DNA of 64,000 nucleotides, taken from IMG/VR virus record IMGVR_UViG_2926558313_000004, positions 1-64,000 of that record. One strand, 5' to 3'. The position numbers were made by a program, and so were the translations under genes. The notes under the pieces were generated by a model, which did no database searches, had not been told where the DNA came from, and was given only the letters and a program-made list of their open reading frames with translations. The stretch is from a virus (taxonomy: Duplodnaviria; Caudoviricetes). Shown here piece by piece: positions 1-8,727 of the stretch (position 1 is the first letter of the stretch; every line of letters starts with the position of its first letter).

Positions 1-600
1 AAACAGCTTTAAGGTACAGAGAGCGGCTTTGCCTTCCCAATCTCCAAACACATCGAAAAACTCTGGAAAGTAGCGTTGAATCACATTTTGAATACGACCT
101 TCTGTGATCATAAGCTGTTCAACGAGCTGATCTCTTATTTTGGCGCCTTCCCTCAGTTCGGCATAAATGCCCTCTAAGAGATTCGGTACGGAGTATCGCC
201 CGTCTTTCATCAGCTGTGCGATCACTTTGGCATCCTTGGTATCATTTTTCGTCGGTGAATTGTCGTCGAGTTCTTTACTTTTCTTAACGTGCATTGGGTT
301 CACGACGACAAAGTCGTAACCTTTTGCCGTTAGATAGTAAGCAAGACTCTTCCAATAATGTCCTGTTGGTTCTACGCCAAAAATGACGTGATTCTTCTTG
401 TGTTTTTCTTGGTGTTGCTTTACCCACTCAACGAGGGCTTCAAAGCCAAAGATTCGATTTTCAAAGATCAAACGCTTTCCAAAGTCTAATCCACGATCAT
501 CTTGAGCACGTGCGACATGTTTGTCTTTGGCAATATCAATGCCAATAATGAGAGTTGATGGTGTGATTTGCGAGATTTTGTGATTTTGAGTATAATTCAT
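1..600 (-). CDS. IS110-family transposase/recombinase, N-terminal DEDD domain (runs off window start)
   Basis: Manual translation from ATG at 600: MNYTQNHKISQITPSTLIIGIDIAKDKH...FGVEPTGHYW...KNDTKDAKVIAQL, carrying the DEDD RuvC-like motifs; RBS AAGGAGG upstream. Confidence 0.92.
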   Translation of the reverse strand, partial: MNYTQNHKISQITPSTLIIGIDIAKDKHVARAQDDRGLDFGKRLIFENRIFGFEALVEWVKQHQEKHKKNHVIFGVEPTGHYWKSLAYYLTAKGYDFVVVNPMHVKKSKELDDNSPTKNDTKDAKVIAQLMKDGRYSVPNLLEGIYAELREGAKIRDQLVEQLMITEGRIQNVIQRYFPEFFDVFGDWEGKAALCTLKLF

Positions 601-664
601 TACGAGTCCTCCTTGGTTACTAATTTAAGGGTCCATTTTTGCTTCGAAGCTTTGGACACCTCGT

Positions 665-694
665 ATCATACCAAGGGGCTCTTTTTTTGATCAA
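665..694 (-). promoter_or_regulatory. sigmaA-like promoter of the IS110 transposase
   Basis: TTGATC-N18-TATGAT on the minus strand. Confidence 0.5.
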
Positions 695-797
695 TCCTCA
701 AATTTCTTCATTACAGGAATCCTCCTTTAAAATAAAAAGAGAAGCTTATTTAACTTCCCTCTTAACTTGTACCTCAATTATAATTATTTTTATTTTA

Positions 798-1019
798 TTA
801 GTCAATAGATTTATTTAATTTATTTTGTTTATTTTCTTCTCTATGTTTTTTCACTGCTTTATTGTACATATCCGAAATCTGCTGTGAGCTGTAATTAGAT
901 TTAACCTCTTCCCATTTCATCCCATAAAGCTCTTTTGTGTAATTTAAGATAATTTGTGCAGGAGATTCTGGGTGTGGTTGTTTATTTTCCTCTACTTTAA
1001 CTAGTTTCTTTTTAACCAA
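798..1019 (-). CDS. hypothetical phage protein
   Basis: ORF with GGAGG RBS. Confidence 0.6.
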   Translation of the reverse strand: MVKKKLVKVEENKQPHPESPAQIILNYTKELYGMKWEEVKSNYSSQQISDMYNKAVKKHREENKQNKLNKSID

Positions 1020-1126
1020 ATTGAACCTCCCTTAAAAGTTGGATTTTATTGAAATATTAGGTCTCAAAAACCCTTATATATCAACGTTTTTTTATGTGTG
1101 GTATTTTTCAATTTATCATTTATGTA

Positions 1127-2278
1127 TTAAATTAAACTACTTTTCTTCATTTCTTTGAAAATAGCTTCTGCAACATTTATTACAATGCTATTACCAGCTT
1201 GTTTATAAAGCTGTGAATCAGATCTATCTTTACCTTTATAGAATTCTTGATTTAATGATTCTTTAGCAGTATTAAAATCATTATCTGTGAATCCCATTAG
1301 TCTCCAACATTCTTTAGGTGTTAATTTTCTGATTGCAAAATTATTTTCTAAATATAACCCTGTTTTTCCACCTAACCCTCCTCCATTGGCGGTCTGAGAT
1401 GCTGCGATTCCATTTGAATCATATACACGATTTCCTTGGGGATAATTTCGACTTAAACCCTTACCATCACCAACCCAATCTTTTTCACCAATACCGCCAA
1501 CAAAATTTAATTTGTTTTCTTCTTTCTCAATTACTTTTGGTTGCCTATTTCCTCCTTGCATAGTTGTTAGAGTTGGAGATAAACCTTCCGATGAATAAAC
1601 TCGTTTAATTACATCTTGACCTTTGATATCTAACTCGCCAACAACTTCAATGATCTGTTTTGGTTGTTTATAATCCCTTGCCAATAATGTACCCATCACA
1701 CCTTCTGTACCATATACAATATCGCTTTGACCAATTGTTCTGAACTCTGGAGCAGTTGTGTCTACCGTATTCGGATTATATTTTTCATTAAATTTAAAAC
1801 GTTTTTGTACTTCTTCACTTAAATAGTATTTATCTCCAATCTGCTGCTCAAGTACATCTTTTAGGCGAATCCCCTCATCTTTTCCAACTGGGAAGGTAAA
1901 TTCATTTGCTTCAATATCTTTTCTAATACTGATAACAAAAACCCGTTCTCTATTTTGAGGAATACCAAAGTCTTTTGCATTTAGCACTTCATAATATGTA
2001 TTGTATCCTAACTCATCTAGCATATTGATCCACTTATCAAAATCATCTTTAAATTTCCTTCCTATTAAATTCTTAACATTCTCTGCAATCATATATTTTG
2101 GCTTCTTCGCTTTTGCTATTTTCATAGCTTCCCATAATAAGCTTGAACGAGTATCGCTATTCTCTGAGAAACCATTCTGTCTACCTGCAACTGATATATC
2201 CTGACATGGAAATCCGTAAGTCATTAAATTAAAATCAGCAATATCATTAGGGTTTACTTTAGATATGTCACCTAAATT
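1127..2278 (-). CDS. DNA (cytosine-5) methyltransferase, C-terminal part (motifs IV-X and TRD region), separated from its N-terminus by an inversion
   Basis: GFPCQ (IV), ENVKN (VI), PQNRERVF (VIII), RKLTPKECWRLMGF (IX), KQAGNSI (X); the open frame extends upstream as NLGDISKVNPNDIADFNL to 2278. Confidence 0.95.
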   Translation of the reverse strand, partial: NLGDISKVNPNDIADFNLMTYGFPCQDISVAGRQNGFSENSDTRSSLLWEAMKIAKAKKPKYMIAENVKNLIGRKFKDDFDKWINMLDELGYNTYYEVLNAKDFGIPQNRERVFVISIRKDIEANEFTFPVGKDEGIRLKDVLEQQIGDKYYLSEEVQKRFKFNEKYNPNTVDTTAPEFRTIGQSDIVYGTEGVMGTLLARDYKQPKQIIEVVGELDIKGQDVIKRVYSSEGLSPTLTTMQGGNRQPKVIEKEENKLNFVGGIGEKDWVGDGKGLSRNYPQGNRVYDSNGIAASQTANGGGLGGKTGLYLENNFAIRKLTPKECWRLMGFTDNDFNTAKESLNQEFYKGKDRSDSQLYKQAGNSIVINVAEAIFKEMKKSSLI

Positions 2279-2505
2279 AGAATTTTTATTGAAAAAGAAG
2301 TCTTATAAAACAAAAATAAAAATATAAGGAGTTGTTTATTATAGGAAATTTAAAAGTGTTGTCTTTGTTCAGTGGAATTGGCGCATTTGAAAAAGCTTTA
2401 TCCAATTTGGGAATTGATTTTGAATTAGTCGGATTCAGCGAAATAGATAAATATGCCATAGAATCTTATTGTGCCATACATAACACTAATAAAAATTCTA
2501 TTTTA
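2273..2505. other. Inverted DNA segment bounded by inverted repeats (intragenic inverton)
   Basis: Perfect 13-bp IR TAGAATTTTTATT (2278-2290) / AATAAAAATTCTA (2488-2500), 17/18 when extended; re-inversion fuses the two MTase halves in frame. Confidence 0.9.
2332..2499 (+). CDS. N-terminal fragment (motifs I-II) of the C5 methyltransferase, in inverted orientation
   Basis: LKVLSLFSGIGAFEKAL...VGFSEIDKYA gives SAM-binding motif I (FxGxG) and motif II; RBS AAGGAG at 2326-2331. Confidence 0.93.
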
Positions 2506-2513
2506 TTAATCTC

Positions 2514-2696
2514 TTATTTTTGCCTTTTGTTACTGTCATCCTTCACTCTGCTATAAATATCGGCTCGCCATCCCTTGGTTTCATATCCTTCTTTTACCAA
2601 CTCAGCACCAACAATATATCCACTATTAGTTAAAGCATTTACTAAATCTTCCTTATTGCTATAGCCCCTAATATTTAATGAAATTAACTTGTCCAT
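2514..2696 (-). CDS. hypothetical phage protein
   Basis: ORF with GAGGTG RBS. Confidence 0.6.
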   Translation of the reverse strand: MDKLISLNIRGYSNKEDLVNALTNSGYIVGAELVKEGYETKGWRADIYSRVKDDSNKRQK

Positions 2697-2803
2697 AAAA
2701 AATCACCTCTTTTATTTAAATTCATTTTAGGATCTATTATTTTACACTTACCTTTTTAAAGTGTAAAATAATAACAAGTCATATTCGACATATTTTTATT
2801 GAT

Positions 2804-2830
2804 GAGGGGAGTACTCCCCTCCTTTTTATT
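2804..2830 (+). terminator. Intrinsic terminator-like hairpin
   Basis: Perfect palindrome GAGGGGAGTACTCCCCTC followed by CTTTTTATT on the plus strand. Confidence 0.6.
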
Positions 2831-3048
2831 TTGTTTACTCAATTCCTAAAAAGTCAAACTCCCCATCTAAATTAATCACCTTATGTAATCCAAACCACTC
2901 TATTTCACTCTCCTGGACAAGATATGTATCTATATCCTTCCATTCAAATATCCTTTTAGCTATCATTTCAGCATGTTCATGACTAAAAGCTCTTATAAAT
3001 GTAGTATTTGAGTCGGATTTTACTTTATAATAGTTCATAATAGCTCCT

Positions 3049-3558
3049 TTATCTATATCTACTGTCAATATCACCACTTACCGTTGATACACTCCCTCTA
3101 ATATCGCCACACTCTACATCTCCAGAAACCGTAGATACACTTCCATTTACATTTCCACCAATTTCAACGTCGCCAGATGTAGTTTTCACAGAGCCAGCAT
3201 CACCGTTAACCATTAACGAGTTACACGAATCTATACTCAACATTTTAACATCACCTTGGATTTGAATATTAATTTCTTTTTGTTTGGTCGGCACTGCTTC
3301 TTTACCATCAATGATCACTCTTCCATTATTGACAACAATACTATTTCCTTGATATGTAACTCCGTTAATATTTACCGTTCCCATTGTATCACTCCTATCT
3401 ACCTTCGGATTTATTTTTTTAGGTGGCTTTACCACAAAGGGAATTTCAAGAGGCTTCCCATCTTCAACTCTTACTGCTTTGAATGGTTTAGAGTTTTTAT
3501 TTTTGCGATTAACGTATTTATCATACAAATATCGCCATCTTTCTTTTTTTGTCTTCAT
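3049..3558 (-). CDS. beta-solenoid repeat protein (DUF4097/adhesin-like)
   Basis: Repeated SVxTxSGDV units in the C-terminus. Confidence 0.6.
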   Translation of the reverse strand: MKTKKERWRYLYDKYVNRKNKNSKPFKAVRVEDGKPLEIPFVVKPPKKINPKVDRSDTMGTVNINGVTYQGNSIVVNNGRVIIDGKEAVPTKQKEINIQIQGDVKMLSIDSCNSLMVNGDAGSVKTTSGDVEIGGNVNGSVSTVSGDVECGDIRGSVSTVSGDIDSRYR

Positions 3559-3590
3559 TTAATTTCTCCTCTTTGAATAAAACAGGAATT

Positions 3591-4415
3591 TTATGTAGCC
3601 ATAATTCTACTGTCTTGAATTTTATGTAGATTTTTTTCATTTGTTATATATTTATTTTTAAACCATATTATACTTTTATTTTTGTTTTGTTTATTGAATT
3701 CATCCGTAATTTCTTTTTCTTCATATCCTAATTCATTTAAATGGTTAATAACTTTTCTATAATATTTTTCATCGTTTATACTTTCATACATTATTGCTAA
3801 TCTTACTAGTAAACCAATCGAATGATTATGTTTGACATATTCCAATCCTTTTTCATATTCTGGATAAGGAAGTTCTTTTAATTTAACTTTATGATTTTTA
3901 TCTATTTGATATATGTATCTATAAGTTTTAACGTAGAATGCTTTTAACTTATCGTCTAAGTATCTTCTGTTTTTTTTTAAAAATCCTTGAGGTCTATTCG
4001 TACATTCCAATGGAACCTTATGAAAAACTTCACCGTCATCCATGTCTTCGAAAAATAAGCTTTTTTCATGACCAAAATATTTAAAATTAGACGCTTTGTA
4101 GATTGTACCGCATCCTAATCTTCCATCAGCAAAACTCTGCACATATTTTATATGAGGATATTTCTTCTTGATTATTTTCAAAGATGAGGATATTAGAATT
4201 GACTCTGCATTCTTGACCAGTTCGTCATCAATCCACATCCTATTTAGTTCGATAACACTATCCATACCTAATTCTGTAATTTTTTTATGTGACTTGGTGT
4301 TCATTAAATTTCCAAACACAGCCCCGCCTAATAATCTATTATCCTTAAAAATGCCAATATTTATCTTCCCGAAAGCCGTATTCCATTTCTTTGAATAGTG
4401 ATTGTTTATCATCAT
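3591..4415 (-). CDS. mom: Mom-family (GNAT) adenine-modification enzyme; true start probably near 4490-4496
   Basis: NHYSKK, ELNRMW, NAESILIS, QSFADGRLGCGTIYKASNF resemble phage Mu Mom-like proteins; frame stays open to an AGGAGG RBS at ~4499-4504. Confidence 0.75.
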   Translation of the reverse strand: MMINNHYSKKWNTAFGKINIGIFKDNRLLGGAVFGNLMNTKSHKKITELGMDSVIELNRMWIDDELVKNAESILISSSLKIIKKKYPHIKYVQSFADGRLGCGTIYKASNFKYFGHEKSLFFEDMDDGEVFHKVPLECTNRPQGFLKKNRRYLDDKLKAFYVKTYRYIYQIDKNHKVKLKELPYPEYEKGLEYVKHNHSIGLLVRLAIMYESINDEKYYRKVINHLNELGYEEKEITDEFNKQNKNKSIIWFKNKYITNEKNLHKIQDSRIMAT

Positions 4416-4542
4416 TTCTTTAGCGACTTTATAATCAATTTCCTTAATTAATAACCTTCCATTTAGTTTAGTATTTTTAACTATCTCTACAACAATCTCC
4501 TCCTATTCTTTAAAATAAAACTTTTAATTAAATTTATTTTAA

Positions 4543-4752
4543 TTATTTTGATTGCTCAAGCAACTCTTCATAATCATCTTTATGTATTAACACATAATCA
4601 TCTGGTTTAATGGTTAATGTCGTATATCCGCTATTACTAACTAAGTTAAATTCATGTTCATTTATCTCTACTTCACTAGTCTTTATATCAATATCAAATG
4701 CAGAATCTAGATTGCAGTCTAATAGTTCAACTATTAATTCTTTTACTGTCAT
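4543..4752 (-). CDS. hypothetical phage protein
   Basis: ORF with RBS; MTVKELI N-terminus common in phage proteins. Confidence 0.6.
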   Translation of the reverse strand: MTVKELIVELLDCNLDSAFDIDIKTSEVEINEHEFNLVSNSGYTTLTIKPDDYVLIHKDDYEELLEQSK

Positions 4753-4992
4753 CTTAGCAGCTCCTTTTTATCTTAAATACTCTTTATTATTCACCTTTTT
4801 CACGTCCGCAAAAGTCTAGATAGTTTAAATAAGACAAACATCTTTCATCATTAGGAGTTAATTTAAATTCACTTTCCTCATCATAATGATCGTTAAAGCG
4901 TTCGCTAACGCACACCATGGACTCGTTATTGTTAAGCATTTCATGTTTAGGTGTCCACATATTCCAGTAACATTCTTTGAGATTACATTTCA

Positions 4993-5400
4993 TTAGATCA
5001 CTCCACATCCAATCAATACTGCGATAATGAAGATGCGAATATAATGTACTGTTTGGTCAATCTCAATCATTACAAAGAAAGGTAAGCTCTTAATGTTAAA
5101 GTCTTTCTGCTTAGCAACCTTAGTTTCTAAAAATGTCTTCCACCATACAATAGGCTTGCGTGAGTCGATAATGAAATGTTCAATCATAGTTAATAAGAAT
5201 ACAATTAAAGCTGTGTACCAACTAAAAAATGGAATCAGTAATAATGAAATCGTTAAAGAATAGACTATTACGTGTTTTAACCTTGCGTATGTATTAATTG
5301 CTTTATTTTGAGCTTGCCAATCAGTTTGCAGTAAATAATCACCAATTCGATGACCTACGAACATGACAATAAATGCTATAGCAAATAATAATAGATCCAT
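4993..5400 (-). CDS. DUF3307-family membrane protein
   Basis: HxxGDYxLQTxWxAxxK, HFIID and DQTVH motifs. Confidence 0.8.
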   Translation of the reverse strand: MDLLLFAIAFIVMFVGHRIGDYLLQTDWQAQNKAINTYARLKHVIVYSLTISLLLIPFFSWYTALIVFLLTMIEHFIIDSRKPIVWWKTFLETKVAKQKDFNIKSLPFFVMIEIDQTVHYIRIFIIAVLIGCGVI

Positions 5401-6233
5401 TTGATCACTCCTTGTATAAAATTTTATTTATTTACTTTTCATTATCTTTCTTCCATTCTAAGAACTTCTTCCTATTTTTAATGTAGGATATAAAGTAAGC
5501 TGAAGCTTCTGTTCTCCGATAAATAACTTTATTAAAAAGAAACCAAACAGGATATAAAAGTAAGCAAACTGTTACTAAGCATCCCATAAAAATAATGAGA
5601 GCTGCTGACAAGTAAGTGGAGTATGTGAGCATGTTTATAATAAAATTGGTCAAAATCTTAAACCTCCTTCCTTTATAAAATTGTTCTTTTATCTAAGATC
5701 ATATTTCTCATCTGATTTCCATATCACCGTATATCCAACTTCTTGAGTAACTGTTACTAATTCCTCACTATGCAGCTTTCTAAGGAAATCTCTTAGATCA
5801 CTAATGTCGCAGCAATACTTTGTATGAATGTATCTCATTTCTTCCTCCTTTCAGTTTATCGTTTATTTCACTAAGTTTTGAACTATTCATCAAAAGTAAC
5901 TGCCTCTGCTTTTCCTTTAACCACTTGGATAGCATCTTTAATACGTCGGATTAAAGGCTGCTTCAATGGCTTTGCTACAACATATCTTCCGTTCTTAATC
6001 CTAGTGTTATGAAATAATTCATTAGCTTTTAACATACAAACCTCCTCACTTCGCATTTTTATTCTTACGTTCAATAAAAACTAAATTTTATTGAATATTG
6101 ACCTTTTTTCATTAAATTTAATTTAAATTGACTAAATTAATAAAAATGGGCTAAAAACCAACATTTCTTCAATTAAACAAATATTAACCTTCAAAAAGCC
6201 TGTAATAAAAGGATTTTTTAGCTTTATTTACGC

Positions 6234-6710
6234 CTACCGAATTCTTAACGACTTTGTTTGTTTGATTGCTGCTCCTTCAACCTCTTTACCTTCTTTAAGA
6301 TCCTTTAAAAGAGTCGTTTTATCTAATTTAGATGGTTGAGGTTTGAAATAAATTTTAGGTATTTTCTTTTCATTTAATACCTCAACACTAGGAGGATTAT
6401 TTTGCATAGATGTAGTAAGGATAGCACCCTTAACTTTATCTAAATTTAATTTTTCTAACTCGTACTCTAAATAATTTTTTAATCCAGTAACTTTATTTTC
6501 AAGCGCCTTTCGACGTTCAGATAGTCGTTTTTCTTCGGCTTTAATAACTTCAGCTTCTCCATCTAACGTCTTAATGAGCTTTGCTGTATTCTCAATTTTT
6601 ACTTCAATTGCATCCTCAAGAGATTTCAAGGTGTCTAAAAATGATTCAGAATCATTCTCTGCCAATTCTAAAACTTGTTGATACGCATCCGTTAATTCGT
6701 AAAGCTTCAT
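6234..6710 (-). CDS. Siphovirus Gp157-family protein
   Basis: MKLYELT...NNPPSV...GAxxxQxxSLRIR signature. Confidence 0.88.
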   Translation of the reverse strand: MKLYELTDAYQQVLELAENDSESFLDTLKSLEDAIEVKIENTAKLIKTLDGEAEVIKAEEKRLSERRKALENKVTGLKNYLEYELEKLNLDKVKGAILTTSMQNNPPSVEVLNEKKIPKIYFKPQPSKLDKTTLLKDLKEGKEVEGAAIKQTKSLRIR

Positions 6711-7219
6711 TTAAAATCATCTCCAATATTATTTTTTATTTTATATATCCTTAATGCACTTTGTATTAATCGTGGATCTGTAGCTTTACTAAGAAAGTCA
6801 GGAGTTGAAATAGTTTCTTTAGTAATTTCAATTCCGTCAAACTTCATTCAAAATAATAGAATTAAATGCTTTTCATTTTTTATTTTATTTCCATGCTCTT
6901 CAATAAGCTGCTCAATTTTATCGATCATTTTGCTTATCTTTACTTCGTGCTAGAGTACAGAGAATAATGAATTTAATTGGAATAGTTATTACAGCCATTA
7001 TGATAGCAATTGGTATGAATATAACCATCATAACTACGAATATCACGACCATTATAGCTGAAAGAATTATTCCTAAAGGTATATAAACCAATACTATGAT
7101 AAACCTTAAAAATTTATCATGTATTTCCTTATCTAAGTAACTAATGCTGCTATCGCTCATTGCGACAAGTATCGAGAACACAATCCAAAGGGTTAACAAT
7201 ATACTTACTATTATCATAT

Positions 7220-7771
7220 CTATACATTTCCTTTGATTAATTCTTTAATTACTATCTGGTGTGCTTCAAGTTGAGCTTGCTTTAAATCATCATTAACAAT
7301 CACATAATCAGCATATTTTTCATTTTCAAGCTCTTCTGTCTGTCTTAAATGCTTAATTCTTTTAATAATAGCCTTGAGACTATCTCTTCTTTTTATCATT
7401 CTCCATATCAGCGTAATAATAGAAGGTGGTTTTATGTATATTGAAACCGCTCTTTTTCCTAATTTATTTTTCAAGTCAATAACACCATTAATGTCTTTGG
7501 TGCAGTGAAAAGGCTGCCCATCGTATAGCTTATTGATAGATTCAGTGGGCGTACCATAATATTCACCAGCATATTCTGTTGTTTCAAAGAAGAATCCCAT
7601 CTTCTGAAGATGTAGAAACTCCTCTTTAGTTACCTTTTGAATGTGATAACCATTCACTTCCCCTTCTCTTAGAGGGCGAGTTGTGCGATTAGTCATGAAG
7701 GGAATTGGTAGTGAATGCTGTATCGTTGACTTTCCACTACCACTAGCTCCCATAAAGATAAATAACTTCAG
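7220..7771 (-). CDS. gmk: guanylate kinase-like nucleotide kinase
   Basis: GASGSGKS P-loop, TTRPxRxGExxG and YYGT motifs; start extended to in-frame CTG at 7771 (AAGGAG RBS). Confidence 0.85.
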   Translation of the reverse strand: MKLFIFMGASGSGKSTIQHSLPIPFMTNRTTRPLREGEVNGYHIQKVTKEEFLHLQKMGFFFETTEYAGEYYGTPTESINKLYDGQPFHCTKDINGVIDLKNKLGKRAVSIYIKPPSIITLIWRMIKRRDSLKAIIKRIKHLRQTEELENEKYADYVIVNDDLKQAQLEAHQIVIKELIKGNV

Positions 7772-7992
7772 TTTGAATCAGCTCCTTTTGGAAGTTCGAT
7801 TATGTCTAATTCTTCCTCCTTAAACTTTCCTCCGTTCCTAAATCCATCATCAAACACAACAAAATAGTCGTAAAGGCGATTCGATAGGAGTTCTACTACA
7901 ATACCGACTTGACCAACATCATTTTTCATGAATGAAGCTGCTTTATCATTTATCCTGACTTTCGTTCCCAGAGGTATCTTATGGTTTTTCAT
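7768..7992 (-). CDS. YorP-like small SH3-fold phage protein
   Basis: GTKVRIN...VGxVxxxL...YDYFV...FKEEEL pattern, recalled from SPbeta YorP. Confidence 0.5.
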   Translation of the reverse strand: MKNHKIPLGTKVRINDKAASFMKNDVGQVGIVVELLSNRLYDYFVVFDDGFRNGGKFKEEELDIIELPKGADSN

Positions 7993-8012
7993 ATTTCACC
8001 TCATCATTTATT

Positions 8013-8711
8013 TTAATTTAATACTTTAACTTGTACGTTTTCTACTCCATTTTGAATTGCCTTTTCCTTGCTACCTACTAGCAAATCAATTTTATTACCT
8101 TTAATTGCTCCACCTGTGTCAACTGCTTTTGCAGTAAAAGTCTCTCCATTCTCTCTTTGAATCTGAACTGTTGAATTTAAAGGAATGACATTTGGATCTA
8201 CCGCAATAACTCTCTTGTTTTGATGATAAATTGTATTCCTCACGTCTACTCCAGTAGCTGTGATGCCAATACATCCAGTATCGCAAAAAGCTGTATAAGA
8301 AGTCATTTTAAAATTTCGATGACCACCTCCTCTACTCACATTATTAAAATTTTCGACTTTTGTTTCTAGTCTTTCAATTTCCTGCCTCTGATCCTGTAAA
8401 ATACTATCTTTGTTTTTTATTCGCTCTTCAAATTGCTGGATCTCATTCTTTAAGCTTTGATTTTCATTTTGTAATTTTTCATTGCGATCTTCTTCTTGCA
8501 GCAGTTTACCCTCTAACTCATATGTAAGATTTTCCATCATGGTTAATTCTTGATCGAGTTCTTGGATGTAAGTGGTTCTATGATTACTTGTTAATATTAA
8601 ATATGTACATGTCATTATTAGAAACACACTGGTTACAATATTAATTAATTTTTGTTTATTTTTCTTTGCCATTTTAAGGTACTTATCGTACCTCCTATAT
8701 AAAGACATCAA
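8013..8711 (-). CDS. 3D-domain cell-wall protein with TM helix and coiled coil (SPbeta YorM-like)
   Basis: ITATG, IAVDPNVIPL, AVDTGGAIKGNKIDL. Confidence 0.88.
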   Translation of the reverse strand: MMSLYRRYDKYLKMAKKNKQKLINIVTSVFLIMTCTYLILTSNHRTTYIQELDQELTMMENLTYELEGKLLQEEDRNEKLQNENQSLKNEIQQFEERIKNKDSILQDQRQEIERLETKVENFNNVSRGGGHRNFKMTSYTAFCDTGCIGITATGVDVRNTIYHQNKRVIAVDPNVIPLNSTVQIQRENGETFTAKAVDTGGAIKGNKIDLLVGSKEKAIQNGVENVQVKVLN

Positions 8712-8727
8712 AACACTCCTTATGTAA

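Larger units (their letters stand above)
1..720 (-). mobile_element. IS110-family insertion sequence (partial; left end approximately 720)
   Basis: Transposase plus ~120-bp non-coding end with higher GC than the flank, abutting a GGAGG at 721-725; exact boundary inferred. Confidence 0.7.
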
